Source of the DNA: Rhina ancylostomus
Lineage: Eukaryota
DNA length: 64,000 nucleotides
NCBI GenBank assembly: GCA_030265395.1
Contig: JARFYF010000104.1
Span: 21,947,275-22,011,274, forward strand
Reading direction: 5' to 3'
Made by a program: the position numbers and the translations under genes. The notes under the pieces are model-generated. The model worked only from the letters and a program-made list of their open reading frames with translations. It made no database searches and was not told where the DNA came from. Positions 38,998 through 52,189 of this stretch are shown piece after piece. The stretch's first letter is position 1, and every line of letters starts with the position of its first letter.

Positions 38998-40790
38998 CAT
39001 AGAGTTGTACAGCATGGAAACAGGCCCTTTGGCCCGACCGTCCATGCAACCAAAGTGCCCATCTGCACTAATTCCATTTTCCTTCATTTAGCCCATATCC
39101 CTCTATGCCTTTCCTACCCATGTGCCTGACCAAGTGCATTTTAAAAACTGTGATTGCACCTGCCTCTACCACCTCCTCTTCTGGCAGCTTGTTCAATACA
39201 CCCACCACTCTCAGTGTGAAAAACCTGTTCCTCAGACCTCCTTTAAATATTTCCCCTTTCACCTTGAACCCATGTCTTCTAGTTTTAGAATCCCCTACTC
39301 TTTGAAAAATACTGTTACTATCTACCCTCTCTATGCCCCTCATAATTTTATAAACTTCTATGAGGCCTCCTGCGGTCCAGTGCGAAGAATCCCAGCCCAT
39401 CTGATTTTTCCTTGTAACTAAAGCCCTCCATTCCAGGCAACATCCTGGTGATGCTCTTCTGCACTCTTTCTAGTGCTACTACGTTCTTTCTGTGACCAGA
39501 ATTGCACACAATATTCTAAGTGTAGCCTAACCAATGCCTTGTACAGCTGCAACATGTTGCCCCAACTCTTTTTTTAAATTTTACTTACAGTGTGGTAACA
39601 GGCCCTTCTGGCCCAACGAGTCCANNNNNNNNNNNNNNNNNNNNNNNNNNNNNNNNNNNNNNNNNNNNNNNNNNNNNNNNNNNNNNNNNNNNNNNNNNNN
39701 NNNNNNNNNNNNNNNNNNNNNNNNACCCCAAATTAACCTACCCGTACGTCTTTAGAATGTGGGAGGAAACTGGAGCACCCGGAGGAAACCCACGCAGACA
39801 CTGGAGAACGTACAAACTCCTTACAGGCAGTGATGGGAATCGAACCCCAATCACTGGCGCTGTAATAGCGTCGCGGTAACCGCTACACTACCGTGCTATG
39901 CTACCGTGGCTCTTGCCTCTGAAGACAAGCAAGCTAAATGTTGTCTTTACTACCATATTCATCTGCGTCACCATTTTCAGGAAGCTATGAAATTGTATGC
40001 CAAGATCCTTCTATACATCAACACTTCTAAGATCCCTGCCATTTGCTGATTTGTAATTTGCTCTGACCAATATCCATTACCTTACACTTGTCCAGATTAA
40101 GTTCCACTTACCATTCCTCCACACAACTTTCCAGCTGGTCTGTGTCCCTCTGTATCCTTAGGCATCCATTCTCACCAAGTACAACTCCACCAATCTTCAT
40201 GAGGTCAGCATACTTACTTATCAGACCACAGACATTCTCATCCAAGTCAACAAACAACACAGGTCCCAGTGTCAATCCCTGCAGTACACCACTGGGTACA
40301 GACTTCCAGTCAGCAAAACAACCCTTTATCAATACCTTCTGCCTCCTATCGCCAAGCCAATTTGGGATCCAGTTTGCCAAAACAGCTTGGACCCCATGTG
40401 CCCTAACATTTTGGACCAGCGCACCGTGTGGGACCTTGTCAAAAGCTTTGCTAAAGTCGATGTATAGCATGTCTACTGCCTTTCCTTCATCAATTTTCTT
40501 AATAACCTCCTCAAAAAAGTCAATCAGATTCATGAGGCAGGATTTCACATGCACAAAACCATGTTCATTTNNNNNNNNNNAATGTTTTCCATTAGTTTTC
40601 CAACTACTGATAAAAGGCTCACCAGCCCATAGTTTCCTGGCTTATCCCTACCACCCTTCTTAAATATGGAAACAACGTTAGCTGCCCTCCAGTCCTTACC
40701 CGTTACAAAAATCTTCATCAAACCCTCAGTAAACTCCTACCTTGCATTCCATAACATTTCATCAGGCCATGGGGATTCTTCCACCTTGAT
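38998..40790 (-). mobile_element. CR1 RT and 3' end, interrupted by an HE1 SINE
   Basis: ORF 40108..40554 KSCLMNLIDFFEEV...AVDMLYIDFSKAFDKVPHG...SGVLQGLTLGPVLF..KYADLMKIGG; ORF 39068..39400 LIEVYKIMRG...FFTLRVVGVLNKLP. Confidence 0.93.
39575..39900 (-). mobile_element. HE1-type V-SINE, second copy, with an internal gap
   Basis: Closely matches 38125-38355 (ggaggaaactggagcacccggaggaaaccc...aaactccttacag...gaatcgaaccccaatc). Confidence 0.85.
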
Positions 40791-41522
40791 GAGCACCAAC
40801 GATCAAGGAGAGAGATTTACATAGTTATGAAAACGAAGAGGCAATGCCATTTAAAAAGAGAAAAATACTGCAGTTGCTGGCAATCTGAAATTAAAATAGA
40901 AATTACAAGTAGTTCTGCTGTAATGCTGTTTCCATAAAGTGAATTGGATTGATGAATTGGGAAACACTATTTGTATTATGTGGATCGAATTGGTTATAAC
41001 ACAATTTTGATCAAGAACTAACCCCACAGTAATCATTGCCTCTTCAGTACCCAGACTGCCAGTTTGACCATGGTAGGCCATTTAAGACAATTACTTTAGA
41101 TATTGACAAGCAATATCTTCTATTGATATTTGTGCAGTGATGCACTATTAAACAATGCACTGTACAGCCTTTAGTACTTTTAGCTTGCAGTAACAAAATA
41201 AACTTGCAGCTTTGAAAATCCTGCGGGTAAAATAACTTTGTTATTGCGAGTCTGAAGCTCTCCGGCCCCAACCCCATTTTTCTCATTGACACACAATTGT
41301 TTTTATAACACAATTTTCTGTAACTCAGGATTTCTTAGAATGCAACTATCATGGTATAGCAGAATGGCCTGTAGTTGAAACATTTAGCCAGTCAGGTAGC
41401 ATCTGTGGACTTGGGCTGGTTGTCAATGTGTTTCATTTTTAAAAGGAATGCTATAATTATCAATAACAGGATCAACAATATATTAGCAAATAATTTGACA
41501 TGCTTCCTTTTTCCTTGTTTAG

Positions 41523-41676
41523 TTGGATATCCCAAAGAAGAGAGATTTGGAGGACGGCCAACAGAAAGAGTAAGTGGAATTTATGAAACATTGAAAGACA
41601 AGGCATCCATGGGTTTCCATGCCGGATGGGAACAGCCACACTGGTTCTACAAACCTGGAGATGATCCTGGATATAG
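41523..41676 (+). CDS. DMGDH: DMGDH exon 9 equivalent, 154 bp: (V)[50 protein letters not shown](R)
   Basis: cttgtttag acceptor, gtaagt donor. [12 protein letters not shown] motif. Phase 1/2. Confidence 0.97.
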
Positions 41677-42336
41677 GTAAGTGGGAGCATTGAGAATGAA
41701 TGTCAGTGGCAGTATTAATCAAAAGTGTGGTCAGAAAACCTTTAGATCTGTTTCCTGTCCACTTATATTATTCACATATAAACAAACTAGGCACAAACTA
41801 TCAAGCTCTCAGTACGTACATCTCAGTATTGGGAATTGTTGACAAAATAAGAAGAGTTTTAATAAAGCAGGCTTCAGGCATTGAAAAGAGCCAGAATTGT
41901 GTTAAAGACCATTTACATATTTATAGTTGGATTTATTTATAATTTATAATTAATAGTTGGATGTGAAGTAGAAACAACAGTTTTGTCTTAAAATGTATGA
42001 TCTGGAAACCAAATTGGTCTAAGTATAAAGTTGTATTAATTAATTTTTGAAAATACCGTGAGCTGAAAGAAGACATTAAATCTAAAATTCTGTGACCTAA
42101 ATAAGGAGAAAATCTACTTTATTTTCTGAAAGATTGGGTGGATTTTCTTTCATGATATCAGTGCTGCTCCAGTTGTGATAGGAAAATAATGCCAGCCACA
42201 TGAGTGACATGGCACTGACTCCAGAGAACTAACAAGGTCAAATTTACTTTAATTTTTATATGCCTGCTCCTGGAAGTCCACTTGGGAGCTCACCATTGGG
42301 TGGAAGGTAGGAAATTTTGTGCAGAACATATGTAAG

Positions 42337-42382
42337 TGATGATGATAAAGATGACAATGACGATGATGGAACTGCTGATGGT
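42337..42382. repeat. Imperfect (GAT)n microsatellite
   Basis: tgatgatgataaagatgacaatgacgatgatggaactgctgatgg. Confidence 0.5.
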
Positions 42383-42419
42383 AAATGACACCTGTCTGGT
42401 CACTCCATTGTTATTAGAT

Positions 42420-43480
42420 CTTCCCTTCTCATGGCACCTTTCCATGCAACAGCAGGAAATGAAACACCTGTATTTTTATCTCCCTCCTTTCCATCCAAAT
42501 ATTCTTTCTGGATGAAGCAGCAATTTATTTGTATTTCATCAGATTTAGTATATTGCATCCCATGCTTACAATGTGGTCTCCTTTAATAAACAGAAAATTA
42601 TGGAAATATTCAGCAGGACAGGCAGCCTCTGTGGAGAGAGAGAGAGATGGAGTTAGCATTACAGGTTGATGTCCTTTTGTCAGATCATTGACCTGAAATG
42701 TAAACTGCTTCTCTCTCCACATGTATTGCCTGACCTGCTGAATGTCTCCAGCATCTGTAATCTTTTTCTTTTCACTAAGATCCCTCCTGTACGTTGGGGA
42801 AATGAAATGCAGTTTGGATGCCCACTCAGAACACCTCCGTTCAATATGAATGTCTCTGAGCTTACAGTTGCTGATCACTTTGTCTGTCCCCCATCTGACC
42901 TCTTTGCCTTTAATCTCCTAAACTACTCCTACAAAGCTCTTTGTGAGTTCAGGAAAAAAACACCTCATATTCTCATGGCTTATGGCACATAAGGAGGCCA
43001 TTTGGTCCATCAGGTCTATGCCATGATCTAACTCTCCACATTATAGCTTTCTGGATTTGACACCAAATTTGACCACTTTAGATAATGAAATGTTCTGGCT
43101 TTGTGTCTCACAATTCCAACATTGAGTTTTTTTAAATCTCTCCTCACCCGGTAATTTCAAATGTTATCACCTTCTCGTATTTACATCTTCCAAGGCCTAC
43201 CTGTTCTTCCTTGCTAGCCTTGATCACTCTCACTCAGCTGGTACCTCCACTACTTGTCTCATTTAATCTCTCCTGGCCTTTGGCATATTACAGACCTTCC
43301 CTTACGTTTTCTCAACCCTTTCCCTCTTTCTCTGCAACTTGAAACTTGTTTTATTTCTTAAGTTTTGGTAGCTCCTATGAAGAAAACATCAACTTGAAAT
43401 ACTAACTTTGTTCATCTACAGATGCGGACTGAGTATTTCCAGCATTTTCCCTTTTTATTTCATCTTTTCAGCATCTGTGG
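42420..43480 (+). mobile_element. Old Penelope GIY-YIG and pseudo-LTR fragment containing a fold-back insertion
   Basis: LVYCIPCLQCGLL|YVGEMKCSL..SEHLRS split by the 42583-42783 insert; degenerate pseudo-LTR end at 43365-43480. Confidence 0.7.
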
Positions 43481-44116
43481 TGCTTTTAAAAAAATTATTG
43501 CATCTTTTGCTTGATTTTGAATGGACGCTTCTGTTGTACTTGATCATTTCTGGCAGAAAACATATCCAACTAAATTACGTGCAGGAAATCATTAAACCAA
43601 TTTTCTCAGCTCCTTGCCCCAGTGCCAGTGTAGGTGCTTAAGTGCAAAGAATAATCTTGCCAGGAATGTTACCAAAAGAGTGCATTTGAAACTTGCAAAT
43701 AGCATTCAGTTGTCATAGGATTACACTGAGATCTAAGTTATGGAAAGAGAAATGTATTAAAATAGGATGTGAGAGGAGAGCTGGAACTTTGGTCATTCCA
43801 CTATTTTATTATGGGGCGGGGGTTGAACCCAGCCCATAAATTCCTGCAGTTCCTGTCACTACCCCCGCAGTATAACTGTTGTTGAAAACCAATGAAGGGA
43901 CTTTCCACTGACTCTGATAGTTTATCTGATGTGTGGCTGAGCCATAGAAATCAGAGAGCAAATCAGTTCTTAACCTGTGTTAAACTAGGTGATGTCAGCC
44001 AAAATTGGCCTCTAGTTGGCCTCAGATTCAATGATCAATGAAGGGAAAATCTTAGTGAGGGTTGCCAGCCCTGACCTCTGTCCAATGAAGTGCATGGCCT
44101 TGCAGCTGTTAGTGCA

Positions 44117-44690
44117 TAGAACATAGAACAGTACAGCACAGGACCAGACCCTTTTGCCCACAATGTCTGTGTCAACTATGATGCCAGTTTAAACTAATCC
44201 CATCTGCTTGCATGATATCCATATCCGTCCATCCCCTGCTTCATATGACTGTATAAATGTCTCTTGAGCATTGCTCTCGCATCTGCCTCCACCATCCTCG
44301 CAGCAGCACGTTCCAAGCACCTACCACTCTCTGTGTAAAAAAAACCTTGCCTTGCAAATCTCCTTTAAACTTTCCCCCTCTCACCTTAAATATATGCCTT
44401 ATACTATTAGATATTTCCACACTGGGAAAAAGACCTTTTATCCTAGCTGTGCCTCTCATAATTTTATATACTTCTATCAGATCGCCCCTCAGCCTCTGAC
44501 ACTCCCTCTGACAATCCAAGTTTGTCCAACTCACTTTATGCTAATACTTTCTAATCCAAGCAATTCCCTGGTGAACCTTTTTTGCATCGTCTCCAAATCC
44601 TCCACATCTTTCCTGCAATGTGGCAATTGGAACTTGCACACAATACTCCAAATGTGGCCTAACCACATACTCCAAAGTGGTTATATGGGT
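44117..44690 (-). mobile_element. CR1 3' fragment
   Basis: [10 protein letters not shown]; QRLRGDLIEVYKIMRG...FFTQRVVGAWN; catagaacatagaac tail. Confidence 0.92.
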
Positions 44691-45849
44691 CAGCGACCTT
44701 CTACCTGTGGAACTCAATATTATCAAGGAGTTAACACCTTCAAAAGATATAGGAAAATGAAAGATTGAAACCTTACTCCCTAAATGTAACTTAGGCTCAG
44801 AAATGTCAACTCATATGCAGTTAAAACAGAAAATGTTAGACTCAGCAGGTCTGGCTGCATTTTTAGCATAAGAGACAGAGTTAATGTTTCAGGACTGAGA
44901 TCCTTCATTAGTATTCCAGCATCTACAGTCTGTTTGACTTTCTTATCATTTGGCTTATTTGTACATTGCTTTTGTATCTCAGTCCATGAACATGAATTTT
45001 AAACAGTTTTTAAAAGACTTTTTAAATAAAAATTGATCTTTCAAAGTTATAAATTCATCATTTCTACATTTGTATGTTTACAGATGAGTTAACTATGTCC
45101 CAAGACAGAAATATACGCACTGTGGTTCTGAGGAGGACAGAGAGAGAAACAGAAGAGGAGGAGAAGCGAGAGAGAGAGAGACCTTTTCTTTGCAGCCTTA
45201 TGAGTAAAAGCTTCTACAGTTAGAGGGGAATGGTGGTAGACTGTAGTGGGGTTTTGCCCAATAAAATATAAAGTGTAGGAATCTGGCCTTAAAACTACAT
45301 TCACATGACTGTCAACATTTTGGATGCAGAAAAATCCATCTCTCTCAAAAAAACTCCATGCTTTATTTCTTTGTACTGATGGAAGTTCAATAAAAGTTGG
45401 GACATAGTCTTTTGAAGGGAATAGAAACAAAGGTGAAATTCGGTTGGAGGAGACTCAGAATTCCCCATCTGTCAGAATCAGATTTATTATCACTGACATA
45501 TGTCATAAAATTTGTTGTCACCTCTGATTTTTCCCTTCTNNNNNNNNNNNNNNNNNNNNNNNNNNNNNNNNNNNNNNNNNNNNNNNNNNNNNNNNNNNNN
45601 NNNNNNNNNNNNNNNNNNNNNNNNNNNNNNNNNNNNNNNATTATTATCACAGACATATGTCATAAAATTTGTTGTCACCTCTGATTTTTCCCTTCTCCCA
45701 AAGTTAAGTTTCACCCGTGATGTAATAGGTAACAGTGAATGAGTGGGGGATGTTTGTGAAGGGGAGAAGAGACAAAGAATCTTGCTTGGGGGGGTGGGGG
45801 GGGCTGAGGGGAGAAGAACAGCAGATACATTCCTTGGGCCTGGTAGCTT

Positions 45850-47200
45850 ACTTCTTAAGGTTCTTTATGAAGTCTCTACATTCTAAAGTGGTTGCCATGG
45901 ATTGACAGGTAATGAATGTCTCCCAACAACTGAAGAAATGAGAGAGAGAATGGTGAATTATGGTTCAGATAGTCGAACATGAGTAGTGGGCAAAATGCTT
46001 GAGCCTATGATTAGGTACACAGTAACAAGGCATTTATAAAATCAAAATATGATTAGCAGAGTCTATACATATATATCAAAGGGAAGTTATGTTTGACAAA
46101 TCCATTAGCAATTTCTACTGGTGTAAGTTAGGAGGAACAAGTGGATGTAGTGTATTCGCATTTCAATTAGGTTCCTTCTGGGATTGAGTTCATCTATTAA
46201 ATTGGATTTAGGATTGCTTAACAGACAGAAGACTTGAGTTGGGAAGACTCACTATCGAGTTGGCAGGATGTAACTAGTGGAGTGCCACAAAGATCAATAC
46301 ATGGGCCTCAGCAATTTACAGACAATGTCAATGACAGATAGGGGAACGGAGTATTAATGTTTGCTCTTGATACAAAGGTAGACTGGAATAAAATTTGGCT
46401 CTAAGAGGTTCCATGAAGATATAGATAGGTTAACTGCAAAGTGACAAATGGAGTACAATATAGGGAAATTTGAAATTATCCAATTTGCAAGGTACAATGG
46501 AAAAGGAGAATATTTCTTAAAATATGAGAACTATATAAATATTGGTACTCAGTGCAATTTAGGTGCTTTTGAACACAAATCATAGAGAACTAACATGCTG
46601 AATATAGAAAATGTTTAGGAAAATATATCATAGGTCAACCTTTATTACAAGGAAATTTGAATAGAAGAATAGGAAGTTTTGCTGGAAGGACTTTGGTGAG
46701 ACCAGACCTGGAAAACTGCATAGTTTGGTTATGTTACCTAAGGAAGGATATGCTGCTCTAGGTGTCATGGAACAAAGATTTACAAGATGACAAGAAAAAC
46801 TGAATCCAATGAACTTGTACTCTCGGTTGTTTAGAAGAGTGAGAGGTGATCCTGCTAAAGCAACTTAAATTATTTGAGGTTTACCAGGATAGATGCTGAG
46901 ACTTTTTTCTCTGGTCAGAGAGTTGAAAATTAAAATCACTATCTCGGGATAATGAACTGGTCAATCAGGACTAAGATAAGGAGAAATATCTTGATTCTAA
47001 GGGTCATGAATCTTTGGAATTCCATTCTAGAGATTTGAGGATGTTTAGTCATTGAGTACATTCAAGCAAGATATTGATGGACTCTTAGACACTCATGGAA
47101 TTAAGGGAAAAGGGGTTAAGGCAGGAACATAAAGTTAAGGTAGCAGATCAATCATGAGCAGTCTGAAGTGTGATCTAATCCTGCCCCTATTTCTTACATT
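45850..47200 (+). mobile_element. Degenerate CR1 RT fragment
   Basis: KGKLCLTNPL.F, VDVVY, VTSGVPQRSIHGPQQF and LVRPDLENC remnants. Confidence 0.75.
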
Positions 47201-47329
47201 GTTATCAGTTTCCAATTGTGTAATTGCTGGAGACTGTGTTACATGAAGATGGATTATGGACAGGGGATAGAGAAACTTTGTTGTACAAGGAGTGGAAAGT
47301 AAGTGTTAATGGTTATTAAATACTACTTC

Positions 47330-47720
47330 CACTGGCTTTCCAAGTCCAAAATGGAGTCAGTCTTTGTCGCACTGGTGAAATTCTTAATTGGAAGAGTTGG
47401 ATTTGAAGTCTACTCCAGATGTTCCTGAAAAAGTAGAAACCAGAAAGCAGCATCCAGGTAATGAGGCTTCCTTGAGTGGAGGCAAGGTCTAACAGGAGTT
47501 TATACGCTGAATGTGTGTCAACAGATGCCTTCTCCTCCATCATAAAATGTTGGCAGTGTTCTACGGCCTTGGCTGCATACTACCTAGGAGAAAGTAAAAC
47601 AAATGTAGAAATCATGAGGAAGGCAGTGGAAAACCATTTCAACCACTCTTGTAGATTGAGAATCTTGTGTGAAATTTCCTTGGACACCACCAAGGATAGA
47701 AGACAGTGGTTGGGCTAGAT
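47330..47720 (+). mobile_element. Probable RTE-type LINE 3' remnant
   Basis: RKAVENHFN..CRLRILCEIS resembles the RTE LE.FHQRCLRRILGISW motif; weak match. Confidence 0.35.
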
Positions 47721-50489
47721 CCTCCAGTACATACAATTATCAACAAAATATTATAGGCTCTACATGAACATATTGATCTGTTTTTCTTCTGCACTTTCAT
47801 ACTTTTATTTTCTAGAGTGTCTGTAGCAGTCTTTTATCCCATTAGCTCAGGTTTGTTTTATGCATAAGTTGGCATCTCTGGTTCCAATTTTTAAAAAAAG
47901 ATCACTCAAATGTGGATTTTAGCCAGGCAAACCAAAAAGCATTCCAAATTGGCCTGTGACTTGTAATGATATGTTCAACCTCAGCTGACAAAATAGAGAT
48001 GCTGCATTGGCTTCACTGCCCCTTGGCTTTAGAGGAAATCAGGTGAAATTTCTGCTCCTGGTCTCTTTTGAGTGGAACTAATTTGTACCTTTAGGAGAGG
48101 CAGGTAAGATGGAAATGTAAACTGGAATTTTTTTCATTTCTTGTTTTACATCTAGTTTCTCACGAACTCTTCATTGGTCTTGAAATCATTAACGCAATGT
48201 TATGAAGGGATTATACAGAGATTATTATTTCTTTCATGGCCAACCTTGAAAACTGAGAGCTTTCACTGTGAGCTTTGGCTTTCTATTCAGTTATGGAACA
48301 GGTGTTACAACTAATATCCACAATTGGGAATGCAAATTTATAGCAAACATTTCCTTTCTAAACAATTTCCACTGAGGTTAATTTTAATTCTACTACTCCC
48401 AACCTAGCTGTGATTGGTTAACAGCACAGATCATCATGCGAACTTGGGATGTTGCTGGTTGGTTCAGTTTTCCTTTGATAAAAAATTTGCTTATTACTAG
48501 TGGTTGTAGCTGCATATTGAAGGTGTCATATTTAGTTGGGTCTTGAAGTTTGTGCCCTAATTTTGCAAGTTCATGGGGAAATGAGTAAAACTGACTCACC
48601 AAGAATAAATGTCAGAGCATCACAGAATGTTGTCTGATGATCAGTTCATAGGAGTTGATGTCTATGAACTTTGTCAATGGCATGTCCTGATACTTGGAAT
48701 TATTTACTAAAGGAAGAATTTTTGCAAGTTAACAGTGAAGATTAGTACTTGTGACACTGCCACTTCTTGGTTGTCTTCCACTTCAATGCTGGAGGGAAAA
48801 TATTTTGCTTAGTAAAATTATTCTCTTTTGATTTTTATGAGTTCATCAGACAGATGGGATTATTACTCATGAGCAGTTACACAGTTCTGTTAAGTCAGCA
48901 AACAAAGCTGGAATGGGAAGCTTGAAACAATCTATTGAATTTGCTGAACCTTACTATCTGCTTAATGATTAATTGATGAAAATCAAAATAGCTTTGAAAT
49001 ATTTGCTTCAGGATTCATGAGGATATATTCTCTTTCAAACATGCTATATCAAGAAAAAGGATTTTTGTTTTTGCAATGTTCTCTTCTTTCTGAAAGGCAT
49101 GGACTTCCTTACCAGGAAATAGAGTTGTCTGAGTAGCCATTATGTTTGCTATGAACTTTGGCAGTGAGTTGCAACAGGATTTCAACATTGCCATACACAC
49201 TGACCCTGACCTCAACAGTTGTCCAAGCAGGTACATCTACACCTAGAGCTGCTGGATAAAAATCAAGAGCAAGATGTTATCTAATCTCTCTTTCCTTAAG
49301 CCCTCATTTCTATAATTGATAGTATCTCCTATCATTGCCAAGGCAAAGCCCACCTTACACTTTACAAACCTTGGATCAAATTACTCTATAGAGCCTGAAA
49401 GTCGTAACACACAATTGAACAATTGAGAGAACCAAAATAATTTTTCTACAGGATATTCTCAATTTACCAATGCATAGCTACATTTTTATTCCTATTAAAT
49501 ACCTTTATTTTAATGTTTATTAACTTTATGGGACAATTCACTGTTCTAATGCAGTAAATGACTAAATTATTTGGAATCAACAGGTAATTGATGGGAAAGT
49601 AAAATTGAATTGCTTACATTTGAAACAATTACAATCTTTTCCACAATGTATAATCAGTCAATAAATTATACTTAGTAAGCATTATAATCTTCCTGAGGTA
49701 AATGAAGAAATAGATCAAAAACATTGGGTGGGCTACAAGCTGAATGCTAATTATCCCCAGTGACATAGAGGTCATACTGACTTTAACAGCAGGACTCTAT
49801 GATCATTTTATTCTGCTTTCTGCCTTCTAGGGAGCCAGGTAGTCAGGCACATACACTGTGTGTACAGTTGCATTTTGTAATGGTACTTTTTTAATTCACA
49901 GCACATCTCAGTATGCTTCCACTATTGCTTCCCAATTTGTGGAGGAGTTTCAGTTGAGTGGATCATTCAATCTCAGATATGTCTTGTGATCTCAAGGACG
50001 AGAGATCAGAGAAAAGAATTTCCTGAATTCTGGGCTCAGAATCTCAGGATGAACCCAATCAGTGGTTACTTCAGTTGCAGAAATGTGGTCCACATGCAGT
50101 TTGACTTCACCTGCAGAAATGTCAGTCTATTTGAAAAACTACTTCTAAGGGTAGAACTATAAGGCTGATTTCTGTAGCCCTGTTTCATATGAGTACTTGG
50201 GTGATTAGTAGAGCACTTAGTCTGCACTTGTTTCATCTTCCAACAGAAAATCTTCTGCGGCAACAGAAAAGATAGTGAATCCTCATTAATAATTACTTTT
50301 CATCATTATCAGGTATGGTTTCATTCATAGTATTCTTGTCTCAGCCAGAAGCTTGTGCATTCAAGTCCAAGACTAGAAATTTGGGCTCAAAACTGAAGGT
50401 TGACACAAGAGTGCAAGATTCAATGAATGTTGTCCTGGCAGGTCTCATTTTTTTGGAGGAAATTTTGCCAATGCCATGAAATAAAAAAA

Positions 50490-52140
50490 AACAGCAGATG
50501 CTGCAAACCTGAAACAACAGCAAATGCTGGAAACATTCAGCAAGTCAGGCAGAATATGTGGAAAGAGAAACAGATGTAACATTTCAGGTTGAAGACCTTT
50601 TGTCAGAACTGGGAAAGAGAGAAACTAATTAGTTTTAAGTTGCTGAGGGGGTGGAATGAATGGGACAAAGGAAATATCTGATAGGTTGAAACTAGGAGTT
50701 GCTGGAGGGAATACGTTGTAGAGGTTATCTGGTCAATGGGTTAATGGGGGAAGTTGGGAGGAGACAAAATGAACAAAAACTGTGAAATGAGGGCAGTTAG
50801 AAAATGAAGATACAAACAAGGGAGCATCAAAATTTGTGAAACACAGGACTGTAGAACATGTCCAGCAATGGAAAGAGAAAAGCCAAGTCAATATCACAGA
50901 TGGAAGTCTGACAGCAGAAATGGCTGGGCAGAGAAAAGAAGTTACCTGAAATTGGAGTACTTGTTAATGATTCTAGAAGTTTGCAACATGCGGTGCCGGG
51001 AGTGGTGGTGGAAGCAGATATGATAGAGGTGTTTAAGAGGCTCCTAAATAGGCACATGAATATGCAGAGAATGGCAAGATATGGACCATATGCAGGCAGA
51101 AGGGATTAGCTNNNNNNNNNNNNNNNNNNNNNNNNNNNNNNNNNNNNNNNNNNNNNNNNNNNNNNNNNNNNNNNNNNNNNNNNNNNNNNNNNNNNNNNNN
51201 NNNNNNNNNNNGACCATATGCAGGCAGAAGGGATTAGCTATTATTAGCTTAATTAGTTTGGTATAACATCGTGGACCATAGGGCCTGTTCTTATGCTGTA
51301 ATGTTCTATATCCAGATGGAAGATATATACTTATATGAACCTCATTATAACAGAGTAAGACACCAGAGTTGGAGTGGGATGTAGACTTAAAGTGGCAGGC
51401 GATAGAGAGCTCTGAGTCACCCCTGCGAACTGAATACCAATGCTCTGCATATCAGTCACCTAGCCTGCATTTGGTTTTTCCAGTGTAGGGGAGACCACAT
51501 TGTAAATGCTAAGTACAGTACACCAAGAGTGAAAGAAGTACAAGTGAGCTGCTGCTTCACTTGTCAGGAATATTTGGCTCCCCAAATGGTGGGAAGGGAA
51601 GACAGAAAAGGACAGATATTGCAGCCCCTGAAGTGGGAGAGTACCCTAAGAGGGTGAGTGATTAGAGAAGATGGAAGAAAGGACCAGAGAGTTGCAAAGT
51701 GAATGGTTCCTTTGAAATAATGAAAAAGGATGGGGAGGGAAAATGTATCTGGAGGGAAAAGGGTAAAATCCTGTTGGAGCTGGTGGAAATTGCGAAAGAT
51801 GATCCAGCTAATATGGTAGCTGGTGGGGCGGAAGGTGGAGACCAAAGGAACTCTGTCTTTGCTTTGTCCAGCAGGAGAGGGAGTGAAAGCAGAGGTGCAG
51901 GAATATTTGAAAAGCGGTCAAGGGCTCTGTCATGGTTCAGGAAAAAGCAAGATATTACAGAGGCACGAGTGTGGAAAGTCTTGTCATTAGGACAAATACA
52001 ACAGAGGCAAACAGGGAGTATGGAATGGAGTCTGTATAAGAGGCAGGGTGAGAGGAAGTATATTTGAAATGGCTGTGGGAGTCTGAAGGCCATGTCAAGG
52101 CTAGGTCTGCTCTCCCATTTGGACATATAAGATCCAGAGG
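50490..52140 (-). mobile_element. Penelope-like element fragment (RT thumb, endonuclease remnant, pseudo-LTR) interrupted by a CR1 tail at about 50985-51310
   Basis: ORF 51955..52143 PSDSHSHFKYTSSHPASYTDSIPYS; VSTFRPTSYHISWIIFRNFHQLQQD; pseudo-LTR 50490-50640. Confidence 0.85.
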
Positions 52141-52189
52141 CACAATTTTGAATAAGGGAGCTTAATTATTTATCTCTCTATTAGTTTTA

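Noticed and set aside
40088-40663. 191-aa + strand ORF
   Set aside because: It is the antisense shadow of the CR1 RT on the minus strand
45485-45697. Direct repeat of about 55 bp resembling an LTR pair or tandem repeat
   Set aside because: The copies flank a 100-N gap exactly, which indicates an assembly overlap
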